The notes below the pieces were generated by a model. That model saw only the letters and a program-made list of their open reading frames with translations. It did no database searches and was not told where the DNA came from. From an uncultured Spirochaetota bacterium (GTDB taxonomy: Bacteria; Spirochaetota; UBA4802; UBA5550): DNA of 64,000 nucleotides. The DNA lies in the NCBI GenBank assembly GCA_963827275.1, contig CAWHAA010000005.1:160001-224000 (forward strand). The letters run 5' to 3'. The stretch's first letter is position 1. Each line of letters opens with the position of its first letter. The position numbers and the translations under genes were made by a program. Positions 47,527 to 58,109 of this stretch are shown here, piece by piece.

Positions 47527-48435
47527 ATGATACCCGATAAACACCTGGCCTTTATATCAATCCTGACGCTCTGCCTCGTCGCAATGACCGCAACGGGCAT
47601 AGGGTCAAAAGAGTATCCCTACCTCCCGATCGACGTGAGCAGGGTGTCGAGCTATGAAACCGACCGGGTCGTGTTTCAGCGCATCGAGCATTTCAGCGAC
47701 CTGTCGCTGGACCATTCGATGGAATCCCTCCTGATCATCGAGGACAAGAAAATGTTCCTGATGATAGACGGGTATGACAATCCCCTTGACGCGAACGCGA
47801 GAAAATTCAGGGCCGAAGTCAGCAACCTGTACGGGGAGAACGCCGAGGACCGGATGTGGACCAATAAAATCAACGGCAAGCCCGATTTCGTCCAGATCAT
47901 GGAACGGCGGGCGCCGATCATGATGAACGCCAATGAAGAGTATGTTTCACAGAACTTCGGCACCTTTTACAAATCCATCCGGGACAAGTTCATCCAGGAG
48001 CACGTGGACAAGTACCGCCAGATACTGAGGAGCCGCAAGGACGCGGGCGTACATATCGAGCGGAAGCGCATCCCCCGGCCGATGTCCGTGGGGGACAACG
48101 AAGAGTATAAGGACAAGTACTACACGTCGGCGCAGGCAAAGGCATTCGACGGCACGATGTACATTTGCGAAGACGCGGACGGCGACGGCGTCACCGAGAC
48201 CTTCATCGCAAAGGCGCGCGACGGTTTCAACTGGGGCTACAAGTCAGGGCCCGACCTGGTCATCATATTGAAAAACACCGACAAGGACATCGAGACCCTT
48301 ATCGGCAAGCTCGTCAACGAGGCGATGTACGGCAGCGTCGATGACGAAAAGGCCATGATCGAGACCTTCCCGAAAGAGAAGGACATATCCGATCTGCTCA
48401 AATGGCTCACGCCGAAAGACCCCAACAGCAAATAA
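47527..48435 (+). CDS. Hypothetical exported protein
   Basis: Signal peptide, typical codon usage, DADGDG motif. Confidence 0.75.
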   Translation: MIPDKHLAFISILTLCLVAMTATGIGSKEYPYLPIDVSRVSSYETDRVVFQRIEHFSDLSLDHSMESLLIIEDKKMFLMIDGYDNPLDANARKFRAEVSNLYGENAEDRMWTNKINGKPDFVQIMERRAPIMMNANEEYVSQNFGTFYKSIRDKFIQEHVDKYRQILRSRKDAGVHIERKRIPRPMSVGDNEEYKDKYYTSAQAKAFDGTMYICEDADGDGVTETFIAKARDGFNWGYKSGPDLVIILKNTDKDIETLIGKLVNEAMYGSVDDEKAMIETFPKEKDISDLLKWLTPKDPNSK

Positions 48436-48456
48436 CAACGAGAAGGAGCGCCTTCC

Positions 48457-49152
48457 ATGAAACGTACCGGCATGACGCCATACTGTGCCCTTATCGCCAT
48501 GCTCATGCTCGCACCGGCCTGCTCAGGGCCCGGCGGCGGGCAGGGGGCGGAGGTGCCGGACCTGGCTAAAGAATGCATGGAAGGACGGTGTGTGGAGGGA
48601 CAGTTCGAGACCGCCTATCAGCGCTTTGTCGTCGTCACGGGGAACGTCGTCAATCTCCGGTCGCGCCCCGACCTCACCTCGCAGGTGCTGGCGAGGCCGG
48701 CGGTGACCCGCAAGGTCACCGTCCTGTACGTCAGGCCCGGCGAAGAGACGATCGGCGGCATGAAGGGAAGATGGGCATACATAAAGGACGGCGCCGACAT
48801 CAACCTCAGGGGATGGATCTTCGATTACTTCCTCGGATACGTCAGCTGCTTTGCCAGGCCGGAGCAGTGGAAGATACGGGAGATCCGCGTCATACTCAAG
48901 GGGAAGCTCACCGTGTACCGCTGCACCGCGGACCGGAGGTTCGAGGTCGTGCAGGATGAAATGATATACAAAAAGGACGGGAATAAAAAAACGGACGCGG
49001 TGAGCGGCGACATACTCCAGTGCAAAAACGTCATCTGGCTGAAAAAGGACAGGCCTGACGACTACCCCGTATTCTTCCACATATCGGACAACGGCGCCCT
49101 CGCGCTTCCCGACCAGTACCGGGACATGCGCGGAATCATCATGACACGTTAA
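48457..49152 (+). CDS. SH3b-domain lipoprotein
   Basis: Lipobox APAC; VNLRSRP..W..I..GWIF..FL. Confidence 0.78.
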   Translation: MKRTGMTPYCALIAMLMLAPACSGPGGGQGAEVPDLAKECMEGRCVEGQFETAYQRFVVVTGNVVNLRSRPDLTSQVLARPAVTRKVTVLYVRPGEETIGGMKGRWAYIKDGADINLRGWIFDYFLGYVSCFARPEQWKIREIRVILKGKLTVYRCTADRRFEVVQDEMIYKKDGNKKTDAVSGDILQCKNVIWLKKDRPDDYPVFFHISDNGALALPDQYRDMRGIIMTR

Positions 49153-50030
49153 TCACCCGGCGCCCGGCCCTCCCGCCCCGTCGCGGGATCGTGCCCGGTG
49201 ATATCGTAACGGCCGGGATCGGCCGTCACGGGCAGGGCCAGGAGCCGCGGCAGCGAAAAACCGGAGGGGTCGCGGTACTGCGCCAGGCCGAGGGCCATGC
49301 CATCGAGCCCGGCGGCCGGCGACTCCCGGTACGTGCCGAACAGCCGGTCCCACCACGAAAAACCGAGCCCGAAATCGCTGTTGGTCTCACCCGCGAGGGT
49401 TGAATGGTGCACCCGGTGCATATCCGGCGTGACCGCGATGCGGCGGAGGACCCGGTCCGCGGCCGCGGGCAGGCGCACGTTGCCATGGATGAACAGGGCG
49501 GCGCCGCTCTGGAATATCTCGAAGATAATGACCGCCAGGGGTGACGGCCCGATTACCGAAACCGCGGCAAGCTTTACCGACATGGCGATGACCGCCTCGA
49601 GCGGGTGGTAGCGCACGCCGGTGGTAAGGTCAACGTCGGTGTCGGCGTGGTGGACCAGGTGGAGCCTCCAGAGCGGGGGGAGCATGTGGAACATGACGTG
49701 CTGGAGGTACACGACCAGGTCGAGCAGCGCGACGCCGATGGCGGCGTTGAGCCAGGCGGGGGCGCCGAAGGTGTTCAGCAGGCCCCAGCCGTTCGCCCGT
49801 GCGAGCGCCGCCATCGCGACCGGCACCGCGGAGAAGATGAGCCGGATCGCCACCGTGTTGATGAACATGAGGCAGAGGTTCGAAAACCACCTGCCGGCCC
49901 TGCCCGCGAGGAGTGAACGCCGCGGCGACGCGATCTCAGCCGCCGCCACGGCGGCGAAAACAGACAGGAAGATCGTGAGGCGCAGCGCGGATCCGCTGAA
50001 CTGGAACTGGGACAGGAACTGTTCGGTCAT
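49149..50030 (-). CDS. Sterol desaturase / fatty acid hydroxylase family protein
   Basis: His boxes HVMFH, HLVHH, HRVHH; RYHPLE, WDRLFGTY. Confidence 0.92.
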   Translation of the reverse strand: MTEQFLSQFQFSGSALRLTIFLSVFAAVAAAEIASPRRSLLAGRAGRWFSNLCLMFINTVAIRLIFSAVPVAMAALARANGWGLLNTFGAPAWLNAAIGVALLDLVVYLQHVMFHMLPPLWRLHLVHHADTDVDLTTGVRYHPLEAVIAMSVKLAAVSVIGPSPLAVIIFEIFQSGAALFIHGNVRLPAAADRVLRRIAVTPDMHRVHHSTLAGETNSDFGLGFSWWDRLFGTYRESPAAGLDGMALGLAQYRDPSGFSLPRLLALPVTADPGRYDITGHDPATGREGRAPGD

Positions 50031-50056
50031 ACGTGAAACCCCTTACTCATTCAGGA

Positions 50057-51139
50057 TCATATTTTTTCAATCATGGCGACGAGCCCGGCGAGGACCCTCC
50101 GGCTGCTTTCGCCGACGTTCAGCCGCGCGAGCCCCTTCCGGGACAGGGCGACGAGCTCGCCGTGCCTGCGGCGCGCCGCGTCAAGGGAGCCGCTTTCACG
50201 GATCAGGGCCCGTATATGCGCCACATCCCTCTTTTCCTTTTTTTTCTTCGTGAAGAGCGCGATAAACCGCTCCCGGTCCCGGCCTTCGAGGCGCTCGATG
50301 GCGCCGTCCACCAGGAGCGTCATCTTCCCCTCCAGGATGTCCGAATCGGAAGGCTTGCCGGTGGAATCCTCGTTGCCGAAGATGCCGAGGATATCGTCCC
50401 TGACCTGGAAGGCAAGCCCCGCGGGCAATGAAAACTCCCGAATGAGCCCCCGCTCGCGCGCGGAGTCCCTGCCGGCCAGGGCATACCCCATGAGCATCGG
50501 GAAATACACGGTATAATAGGCGGTCTTCATCGTCGCGATGCGGAGCGCGGTCTCGCCCGGCGAATGGATCTTCCGTGAAGCGGAATTGAGAATATCGAGG
50601 ACCTGTCCCCAGGAGGTGATCTCGTAGGTCTCGGCGAATATATTCAAGAAGCGGTCTTTCGCGCGGGGCGGAATTTTGGTGCCGGCGATTATGCCGACGG
50701 CCCCGGAAAAAAGCACGTCGGACAGGATCAGCGCCAGGCTGCTCCCGATATCCGGATTGTGCGAGCCGCGGCCGTAGCGCACGCCGCACACGACATGAAG
50801 CGCTTTCCCGCCGCGGCGCAGGGTGGAGCGGTCGATGATATCGTCCTGGATCAGCAGGAATGAATGCATCATCTCTATGACCGCGGCGATGCGGATCATA
50901 TCGGCGGAACGGGCGTCGCCGCCGTAGCCGAAACAGGAAGCAAGCATGACCAGGGGACGCACCCGCTTGCCGTCCCTGCCGCAGTATTCCGCGAGGAACC
51001 GGTACATCTCGCGCATCTCCGGGAGTTCCGCGCAGTCCGCCCTGCTGTCGAAAAATTCCCTCATGAACGCGTCGATACGCGGGACGTACCCCGCGCTGAA
51101 GGTTCGGAACCGGTCAACCGGCGATGATGGCGTTCTCAT
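50057..51139 (-). CDS. Polyprenyl (GGPP-type) synthase
   Basis: GKRVRP, LIQDDIID..RRG, GQVLD, KTAYYT, FQVRDD.L, GKPSDSDI.EGK. Confidence 0.9.
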   Translation of the reverse strand: MRTPSSPVDRFRTFSAGYVPRIDAFMREFFDSRADCAELPEMREMYRFLAEYCGRDGKRVRPLVMLASCFGYGGDARSADMIRIAAVIEMMHSFLLIQDDIIDRSTLRRGGKALHVVCGVRYGRGSHNPDIGSSLALILSDVLFSGAVGIIAGTKIPPRAKDRFLNIFAETYEITSWGQVLDILNSASRKIHSPGETALRIATMKTAYYTVYFPMLMGYALAGRDSARERGLIREFSLPAGLAFQVRDDILGIFGNEDSTGKPSDSDILEGKMTLLVDGAIERLEGRDRERFIALFTKKKKEKRDVAHIRALIRESGSLDAARRRHGELVALSRKGLARLNVGESSRRVLAGLVAMIEKI

Positions 51140-51395
51140 GGGTCAGGGCCCGCTCCGGAGTGGTGCCGCCGGGCGCGGTGCGCCCGCCCGGCGGATTTGA
51201 TGCATACTTTTACCCGGAGAACGGGCATGTCAATAAGATTTTTGGGGACGCGCCGGAGGCGATACCGGGCGCGCCGCGGCGCCGTTTCACTTCCCCGGAA
51301 TGTAACATCCCCGCCATACGCCGCACTAAAAAATTGATTGCTAAATATGCGGGATGATTATCCTGACACCATAATCAACCGGGGGACATATACCC

Positions 51396-52160
51396 ATGCT
51401 GGCCAAGCGAATCATACCGTGCCTTGACGTGGACAAGGGACGCGTCGTCAAGGGCGTCAACTTCGTCAACCTGATCGACGCGGGCGATCCCGTAGAGAAC
51501 GGCACGTTTTACGACAACGAGGGCGCCGACGAGCTGGTCTTCCTCGACATCACCGCCTCCTCCGACCGCCGGGACATCATCCTCGACATGGTCAAGAGGG
51601 TCGCGGAGGAGGTGCACATCCCCTTCACCGTCGGGGGCGGCATCAGGACGATCGAGGACGTGCGGCTCATCCTGGAAAACGGCGCGGACAAGATCTCCAT
51701 CAACACCGCGGCGGTCCAGAACCCCGCCCTGGTGACGGACGCGGCCCGCCGGTTCGGCTCGCAGTGCATCCTGGTGGCGATCGACGCGAAACGGAACGCG
51801 GGCGGCGGGTGGACGGTTTACCTGCACGGCGGCAGGACGCCCGCCGGCATTGACGCGGTCGAATGGGCGAAGCGCGTCGAGGACCTGGGCGCGGGGGAGA
51901 TACTCCTGACCAGCATGGACCGGGACGGCACGAAGATCGGCTACGACATCGCGCTGACACGGGCGATCGCTGACACGGTACGCCTCCCCGTCATCGCGTC
52001 GGGAGGCGTCGGCACCATACAGCACATGTACGAGGGGCTCACCGAGGGCGGGGCCGACGCGGTGCTCGCGGCGTCGATATTCCATTTCCGGGAGATCTCG
52101 ATAGCCGAGGTGAAGCGGGAGCTCGCGGCCCGCGGCGTCCCGGTGCGGTACCCGTTTTAG
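51396..52160 (+). CDS. hisF: Imidazole glycerol phosphate synthase cyclase subunit
   Basis: [37 protein letters not shown]. Confidence 0.97.
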   Translation: MLAKRIIPCLDVDKGRVVKGVNFVNLIDAGDPVENGTFYDNEGADELVFLDITASSDRRDIILDMVKRVAEEVHIPFTVGGGIRTIEDVRLILENGADKISINTAAVQNPALVTDAARRFGSQCILVAIDAKRNAGGGWTVYLHGGRTPAGIDAVEWAKRVEDLGAGEILLTSMDRDGTKIGYDIALTRAIADTVRLPVIASGGVGTIQHMYEGLTEGGADAVLAASIFHFREISIAEVKRELAARGVPVRYPF

Positions 52161-52185
52161 CGCGGCCGGCGGCCGACCGGGCAGG

Positions 52186-53262
52186 TCAATTGACCATAAA
52201 ATAAATGACGAGCGCCAGCAGCGCGATGAAGGCGACCGCCAGCCCGATGATGGCCCCCACGGATGCGCGCGACATGGAATCCCTGCCGCTGTCGGGCCCG
52301 AGATCGGTCATGTCGATGGCGATCTTGATGTTCTCTTCAAGCTCCTCCACCTTAACGAAGATCCCCTTGGCCACGATGGCGTATATCGTGTAGCCGCCGT
52401 CCTTCCGGTGCCTGATGGAAACGATCCTGCCGAGTATGGGCTGCGGCCCGTCCGGCGTAATCGCGTTGAAGGCGTTCAGCACCTGTATCGCCTTTTCATG
52501 GGTGTCGATGATTTTCAACTTCAGCCGGTCGCCCTGGACGAGAAGGCCGATGTCCCTTCCCGAGATGGGGGAGAGGATGAGGGCCCCGCGCAGGATCAGC
52601 CGGATCTCCCGTCCCTTCAGTACCTCGCGGTCGTCTTCTTCGGAATCGACCACGATTTCCGGGTCGAACTCCTCCTGCTTTTGCTTGAATTCCTGGATAT
52701 CGGATATCTTCCGGCTGCTGAGCGAATGGAGCTCCATGTCAAGGGAAGAGATGATCTCGATATCGACAATCGAATTTACGCTCTGCAATCCCATGCGGTC
52801 CAGCACGACCTGCTGGAAGAGCCTGTTGATCTCGATATCGCTCTTATCCTCAACGAGCTTGTTCAGCTCGCCGGCGAACTTGAGGGTGAACGCGGTGTTC
52901 AGCGAATTCCTGAATTGCCTGGCCAGACCGTCATCGTGCTGTATGGTGCCGATCAGGTCCGAGATGTCTTTTTCGAAGTCGATCCAGTTCCTGCTGGTTT
53001 TTATATCCTTCAGCACGAAGTCATCCGATATGATCGCGTATATGCTGTTGACAGTGAGGTAGTAATGGTTGAAGAAAATCATAAAGGCGCCGAAATGCGA
53101 GGTCGATGAGAACCGGCCCTTTATGACGTAGATATCGTTGAGAGAGCCGGCGATCATCTGACGGGCGCGGCCTTCGTCGCCATTTGTAAAAAACTTCGCT
53201 ATTTCAAGCTTTCTGGTAAAATCCGACAACGATTCAGAAGCAGTTTCAAGTGTATCCGGCAT
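52186..53262 (-). CDS. Hypothetical protein with C-terminal membrane anchor
   Basis: Long ORF with RBS and a single C-terminal TM helix. Confidence 0.7.
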   Translation of the reverse strand: MPDTLETASESLSDFTRKLEIAKFFTNGDEGRARQMIAGSLNDIYVIKGRFSSTSHFGAFMIFFNHYYLTVNSIYAIISDDFVLKDIKTSRNWIDFEKDISDLIGTIQHDDGLARQFRNSLNTAFTLKFAGELNKLVEDKSDIEINRLFQQVVLDRMGLQSVNSIVDIEIISSLDMELHSLSSRKISDIQEFKQKQEEFDPEIVVDSEEDDREVLKGREIRLILRGALILSPISGRDIGLLVQGDRLKLKIIDTHEKAIQVLNAFNAITPDGPQPILGRIVSIRHRKDGGYTIYAIVAKGIFVKVEELEENIKIAIDMTDLGPDSGRDSMSRASVGAIIGLAVAFIALLALVIYFMVN

Positions 53263-53304
53263 TATCGCTCCACGCCCAATGTATGCCTCCCCGACAGGGA
53301 GGGG

Positions 53305-53338
53305 AAAGGGCCCCGTCTCCGGTTCCGGAGGGCCCTTT
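53305..53338. terminator. Hairpin/terminator
   Basis: AAAGGGCCC..GGGCCCTTT. Confidence 0.5.
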
Positions 53339-53364
53339 GCATCGCGCTGTTAGTTAAGAATAAT

Positions 53365-53823
53365 CTACTCCTGGGAAGCCAGTCTCTGCTTCTGCAACGC
53401 ATTTTTAACCCGGTAGAGGACCGTCCTCCTGTCAATCGGCTTAAGTATATAGTCGCTGACGCCCAGTTTTATCAGGTCAGCCATGACGCCCTTGGTGGTC
53501 TCCTCGCTGATAAACACCACGAGCGGCCGGTTGGGCCTTTTCAACAGCTCGTGCATGAAGGCGTAACCGTCCATGATCGGCATATCGAGCGTCGTGGTCA
53601 CAAGGTCGATCTTGCCTTCAATCTTGGACATCTTGTCGAGCGCTTCCTGCCCGTTCGATGCGGTGGCGACCACCATGTAGCTTTCAGACTCGAACAACTG
53701 GACGAGCTGTTTCCGTTGAAAATCCTTGTTCTCAATAACCACGAGCTTATACGGCCTGCCGCCCGGCCGCAACCCATCAGGGGTTTTCGTATTTAAGCTT
53801 GGAAATTCTCCTCTTCCCTTCAT
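53365..53823 (-). CDS. Single-domain response regulator, atypical receiver
   Basis: NGQEAL, MPIMDG, YILKP; acidic pocket altered. Confidence 0.85.
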   Translation of the reverse strand: MKGRGEFPSLNTKTPDGLRPGGRPYKLVVIENKDFQRKQLVQLFESESYMVVATASNGQEALDKMSKIEGKIDLVTTTLDMPIMDGYAFMHELLKRPNRPLVVFISEETTKGVMADLIKLGVSDYILKPIDRRTVLYRVKNALQKQRLASQE

Positions 53824-54099
53824 CCATCCCTCCCCGCGGGATTCAATTACACGCGGAATACAAACGAATCTGACGTCAACATTGAGATTGTTAAGAAAAC
53901 ACAATAACGCCGGCATTATGAAAAAATCAAGGTTTTTTTCTTAACCAATAACGAGTCTCCGCCCAGGCAGGTTAAAAAAGGCTTGCAAATTATTTAAATA
54001 TTTTAACTTATATAGTAGCATATAGCATAAATGCCCAATGAAGTCGTTGCGAAACAACGGCCAGGGGGCATTTATTGAGAAACCCAGGAGAAGTCCCAC

Positions 54100-55608
54100 G
54101 TGGAAAGCGGCACAGACAAAAACTATTCCATACACCCGCAGGACTACAAGAAGGCTATCGCGAACGATACAGACTTCTATATTCAATTCCACACCTTTAC
54201 CCACGACGTGGAGGGCGCCATCACCAGGTGTGTCCACCGCTACCTGGAGCACAACGACCTCCACTATATCAGGAACCAGATCATCAACATCGTGAAAGAG
54301 CTGGTCAATAACGCGATAAAAGCAAACCTGAAACGGATCTATTTCAAGACCAAGGGCTTTGACATAGAAAAAACCGAGGACTACCGCGTCGGCATGGAAA
54401 CGTTCAAGGATGACGCGTATGTCGGCGACAATTCCGCCATGCTCGAGATGCTCGAGAAGTCGAACCTGGTGGTGCGGATCTCATTCAGGACCGCTGACGA
54501 ATACCTCTACATCAATGTCATCAACAACGTCCCGATCCTGGACGGGGAGCTCTTCAAGATAAACGCGCGGGTCAAAAAAGCATACAAGTACCGGGACATA
54601 TCCGAGGCATTCGATGAGGTCCTTGACGATTCCGAAGGCGCGGGCCTGGGCCTTATCATGGCAATGATGATATTCAAGAACATCGGCATGCCGCCCGAGG
54701 CCTTCAAAATCTACCGGAAAGACAACCTCACCATCTCGGCGATAGCCATCCCGCAGACCATGGACAGGGTACGGACGCGGATCAGGATAGCGGATGAGAT
54801 CATGCGCGAGATTGAAGAGATCCCGGCCTTCCCGGAAAACATCATCCGGATACAGAAGCTCTGCGCCAACCCCGACGCCACGCTGAAAGAGATAGCGGGG
54901 GCCATCTCCCTTGACCCCGGCCTCACGACTTCGATCCTGAAGCTGGCCAACTCGGCCGGGTACATCACGGCAAAGAAAACCGAAACCATCGAGGACGCGG
55001 TGAAGATCATCGGCGTCAAGGGGATCAACACGCTGCTCATCGCGACAGGCGTCTTCAAGGTAATGGATGCGCGCTACAAGCGGTCCGAATCGATCTGGAA
55101 GGATTCCTACAAGAGGGCCGCCTACGCGTACAAGATCGCGATCCAGCTCCGGAAGTCAAAGGCGAGCGATTTCACCTACCTGGCGGCGCTCCTTTCCGAC
55201 ATCGGCTATATCGTGATGCTCTCGCTCAAATCGAAGATACTGAAACGGCTCCACGAGATGGCGGGGTTCAAGGGGGTGGATGATTACAATCTCCTCGAAG
55301 AGATCAGCCTGGGGCTTTCTCACAGCGCACTGGGCGGCATGATATTCAAGAAATGGAACTTCAACGAGTCTCTGGTACAGATCATCGAAAACCACCACCG
55401 GCCCCACATGGCGCCGACCAACCTGAAGCAGATAATATACATCGTGTACCTGGCCGACTGCATGGTCGAGATCGAAAAAAACCGGTTTCGCTACGAGCTC
55501 ATCGACGAGGACGTGCTTGAATACTTCAAGCTTGAGGAGAGGGCGTCCTTCGACATGCTGAGCAAAATCCTTCAAGAGGCGTACGAAAACCAGCTTGTAA
55601 TGCCGTAA
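54100..55608 (+). CDS. HDOD-domain protein with N-terminal HATPase-like region
   Basis: [10 protein letters not shown] and GAGLGL, then [24 protein letters not shown]...KWNF..HHRP. Confidence 0.88.
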   Translation: MESGTDKNYSIHPQDYKKAIANDTDFYIQFHTFTHDVEGAITRCVHRYLEHNDLHYIRNQIINIVKELVNNAIKANLKRIYFKTKGFDIEKTEDYRVGMETFKDDAYVGDNSAMLEMLEKSNLVVRISFRTADEYLYINVINNVPILDGELFKINARVKKAYKYRDISEAFDEVLDDSEGAGLGLIMAMMIFKNIGMPPEAFKIYRKDNLTISAIAIPQTMDRVRTRIRIADEIMREIEEIPAFPENIIRIQKLCANPDATLKEIAGAISLDPGLTTSILKLANSAGYITAKKTETIEDAVKIIGVKGINTLLIATGVFKVMDARYKRSESIWKDSYKRAAYAYKIAIQLRKSKASDFTYLAALLSDIGYIVMLSLKSKILKRLHEMAGFKGVDDYNLLEEISLGLSHSALGGMIFKKWNFNESLVQIIENHHRPHMAPTNLKQIIYIVYLADCMVEIEKNRFRYELIDEDVLEYFKLEERASFDMLSKILQEAYENQLVMP

Positions 55609-55748
55609 CAGAAGGCGGAGACCGCTTCCGCCGGATACTTCAAATAAATTACTTGACGAAAAACATTTTCCTGATGACCGTATTCTACTTCCCGGCGTTC
55701 CCGGGGCATAGTCTGCGCGCGGAAGACCGCAACGGTCTCAAGGAGCTC

Positions 55749-56652
55749 ATGATGTATTTTCAGGACCTGATCGCAAAACTCAACCAATACTGGGCCGACA
55801 GGGGGTGCCTCATCATACAGGGGTACGACCTGGAGGTGGGCGCCGGCACCTTCAACCCGGCGACCTTTCTCAGGGTCCTGGGCCCGGAGCCGTGGCAGGT
55901 GGCCTATGTCGAGCCTTCGCGCCGGCCCACGGACGGCCGCTACGGCGACAACCCGAACCGGCTCCAGCACTACTACCAGTACCAGGTGATCCTGAAGCCC
56001 TCCCCCGTGGACGTGCAGGACCTCTACCTTGATTCGCTCCGGCACCTGGGCATCAGGCTCGAGGAGCACGACGTGCGGTTCGTCGAGGACGACTGGGAAT
56101 CGCCCACCCTGGGCGCCGCCGGCCTCGGCTGGGAGGTGTGGCTTGACGGCATGGAGATCACGCAGTTCACCTACTTCCAGCAGTGCGGAAGCATGGACCT
56201 CTCCCCCATCTCCGTGGAGCTGACCTACGGCCTCGAAGCGCATCTGCATGTACCTGCAGGGCGTCAACCACTTCACCGATATCATGTGGAACGAAACCGT
56301 GCGGTACGGCGACGTGCACCGCCAGAGTGAATTCGAGTTCTCGCACTACAATTTCAACATAGCGGACACCGACCTGCACTTCAGGCTCTTCGACCTGTAC
56401 GAGAAGGAGTGCCTCGCGATACTCGACAACCCGAAGCAGAAGATCGTGCTCCCGGCGTACGATTACGTGCTCAAGTGCTCGCACGTCTTTAACATGCTCG
56501 ACGCGCGGGGGGCCATATCGGTCACCGAGCGGGTCGGGTACATCACCCGCGTGCGGAACATTGCCCGCCGGTGCGCCGAGCAATACGTGGCGATCCGGGA
56601 AGAGATGGGGTTCCCCCTCCTCAAAAAAAATCCGGCCGGTGCCGCCAGATGA
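55749..56652 (+). CDS. glyQ: Glycine--tRNA ligase alpha subunit, one apparent +1 frameshift
   Basis: [36 protein letters not shown]; shift at GLE(A)R near 56237. Confidence 0.95.
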
Positions 56653-57635
56653 AAGAAGACTATGGCAGGCTCGACGCCTTCCTCGCAAAATACGAAAAGT
56701 TCGTGATATCCACCCACGAAAGCCCGGACTGGGACGGCATGGGCGGCGAGATAGCGCTGTTCGAGCTTTTAAAGAAGCTGGGAAAAAAGCCGCTCATCAT
56801 CAATTCCGACCCGACCCCGGACAATTTTCTCTTCCTTGACCTTGAACACGACATTCACGTGATTGACAGCTCGTACTCGCTGCCGGACGACATCGACGAA
56901 TACGCCCAGTTCGTCCTCGACACGAATGACTACGACAATATCGGGGCCGCCGCTTACAACGCCCTCAAGGACAGGGTGCGCGAGGTATTCATAATCGACC
57001 ACCACGAAGGGGACGGCGGCGGCAATGACTCGAACATCATAAAGGCCGACGCCTCGTCGGTCTGCGAAATCATCTACCACATCATCGAGCACTACGGGCG
57101 CCCGTTCACCCTCCGGGCGGCGCAGGCGCTCTTCGGCGGCATCGTGTTCGATACCGGCTCCTTCAAGTACCCGAAGACCACGCCGGAGACGTTCCGGATC
57201 GCGGCGCGCCTCGTGGAGCTCGGCGTCACCCCGTTTTTCATCCATGAGCAGATCTACGAGCAGAACGCCCTCACCAGCTTCGAGCTCAGGGGGCGCATCC
57301 TGTCGAACATGCAGGTGCTCCACGGCGGGAAGATGATAGTCCTGAAGCTCACGCCCGACATGCTGAAGGAGACGGGCGCCGCTTTCTCCGAGGGCGAGCC
57401 CGCAATCAACCTGCCCCTGACCGTCAAGGGCGTGATCGCGAGCATACTCGTCAAGCAGGACACCGACGGCCCCGTGAAGGTGAGCATGCGCACCAAGGGA
57501 GAACTGGACGTGGCGAAGATCGCCATCGATAACGGCGGCGGGGGCCATAAAAACGCGGCCGGGTACAAGTCCAGGCTGCCATTCGAAGAGGCCTACGAGC
57601 AGGCCGTCCGCAACATGGACAAGCTTTTCACGTAG
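56649..57635 (+). CDS. nrnA: DHH-family phosphoesterase (NrnA-like)
   Basis: [27 protein letters not shown]. Confidence 0.92.
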   Translation: MKEDYGRLDAFLAKYEKFVISTHESPDWDGMGGEIALFELLKKLGKKPLIINSDPTPDNFLFLDLEHDIHVIDSSYSLPDDIDEYAQFVLDTNDYDNIGAAAYNALKDRVREVFIIDHHEGDGGGNDSNIIKADASSVCEIIYHIIEHYGRPFTLRAAQALFGGIVFDTGSFKYPKTTPETFRIAARLVELGVTPFFIHEQIYEQNALTSFELRGRILSNMQVLHGGKMIVLKLTPDMLKETGAAFSEGEPAINLPLTVKGVIASILVKQDTDGPVKVSMRTKGELDVAKIAIDNGGGGHKNAAGYKSRLPFEEAYEQAVRNMDKLFT

Positions 57636-58092
57636 CGCCGGGGCCGGCGCCCTTTGCCCTGATCTTCGCCGCGATGAGGTCCCCGTGGTGGACATGGAGA
57701 AGGTTCGCGAGCTTGTGGACAAGATAATCCTCGTTCTGGTCCAGGCTCCCGTCGGCGTAGGCGACCTCCCATATCATTTCGACAAGCCGTAGTTTTTCCG
57801 TGTAGGTGAAGCTTTCGTTGACGAGATTGGTATAGGTCCAGAGGTCCGCCGACGCGTCCCGGTCTCGCCCCGCTATCGAGAGAATTTCCCCGACCTGATC
57901 GTCCTGAAGCCCGAGCCGCGTCACGAGGATGTCCCTGATCCTCCCGCTCTCCGAGGAAGAGAAGTAGTCGTCCGCGTGCGCCATTTCGAGCAGGAGGACG
58001 CAGGTCGCGATGGTTATCCGGTCTTCGCGGCCGGTCGGCGTCGCGCCGGCAGGGGCCGCCCCGGTAAGCATCGATGCGATACGTTTCAGCAT
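57628..58092 (-). CDS. TerB-family protein
   Basis: LLLEMAHAD....E, WEVAYADG....E. Confidence 0.85.
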   Translation of the reverse strand: MLKRIASMLTGAAPAGATPTGREDRITIATCVLLLEMAHADDYFSSSESGRIRDILVTRLGLQDDQVGEILSIAGRDRDASADLWTYTNLVNESFTYTEKLRLVEMIWEVAYADGSLDQNEDYLVHKLANLLHVHHGDLIAAKIRAKGAGPGAT

Positions 58093-58109
58093 ATCTTGCC
58101 ATCCATGGA

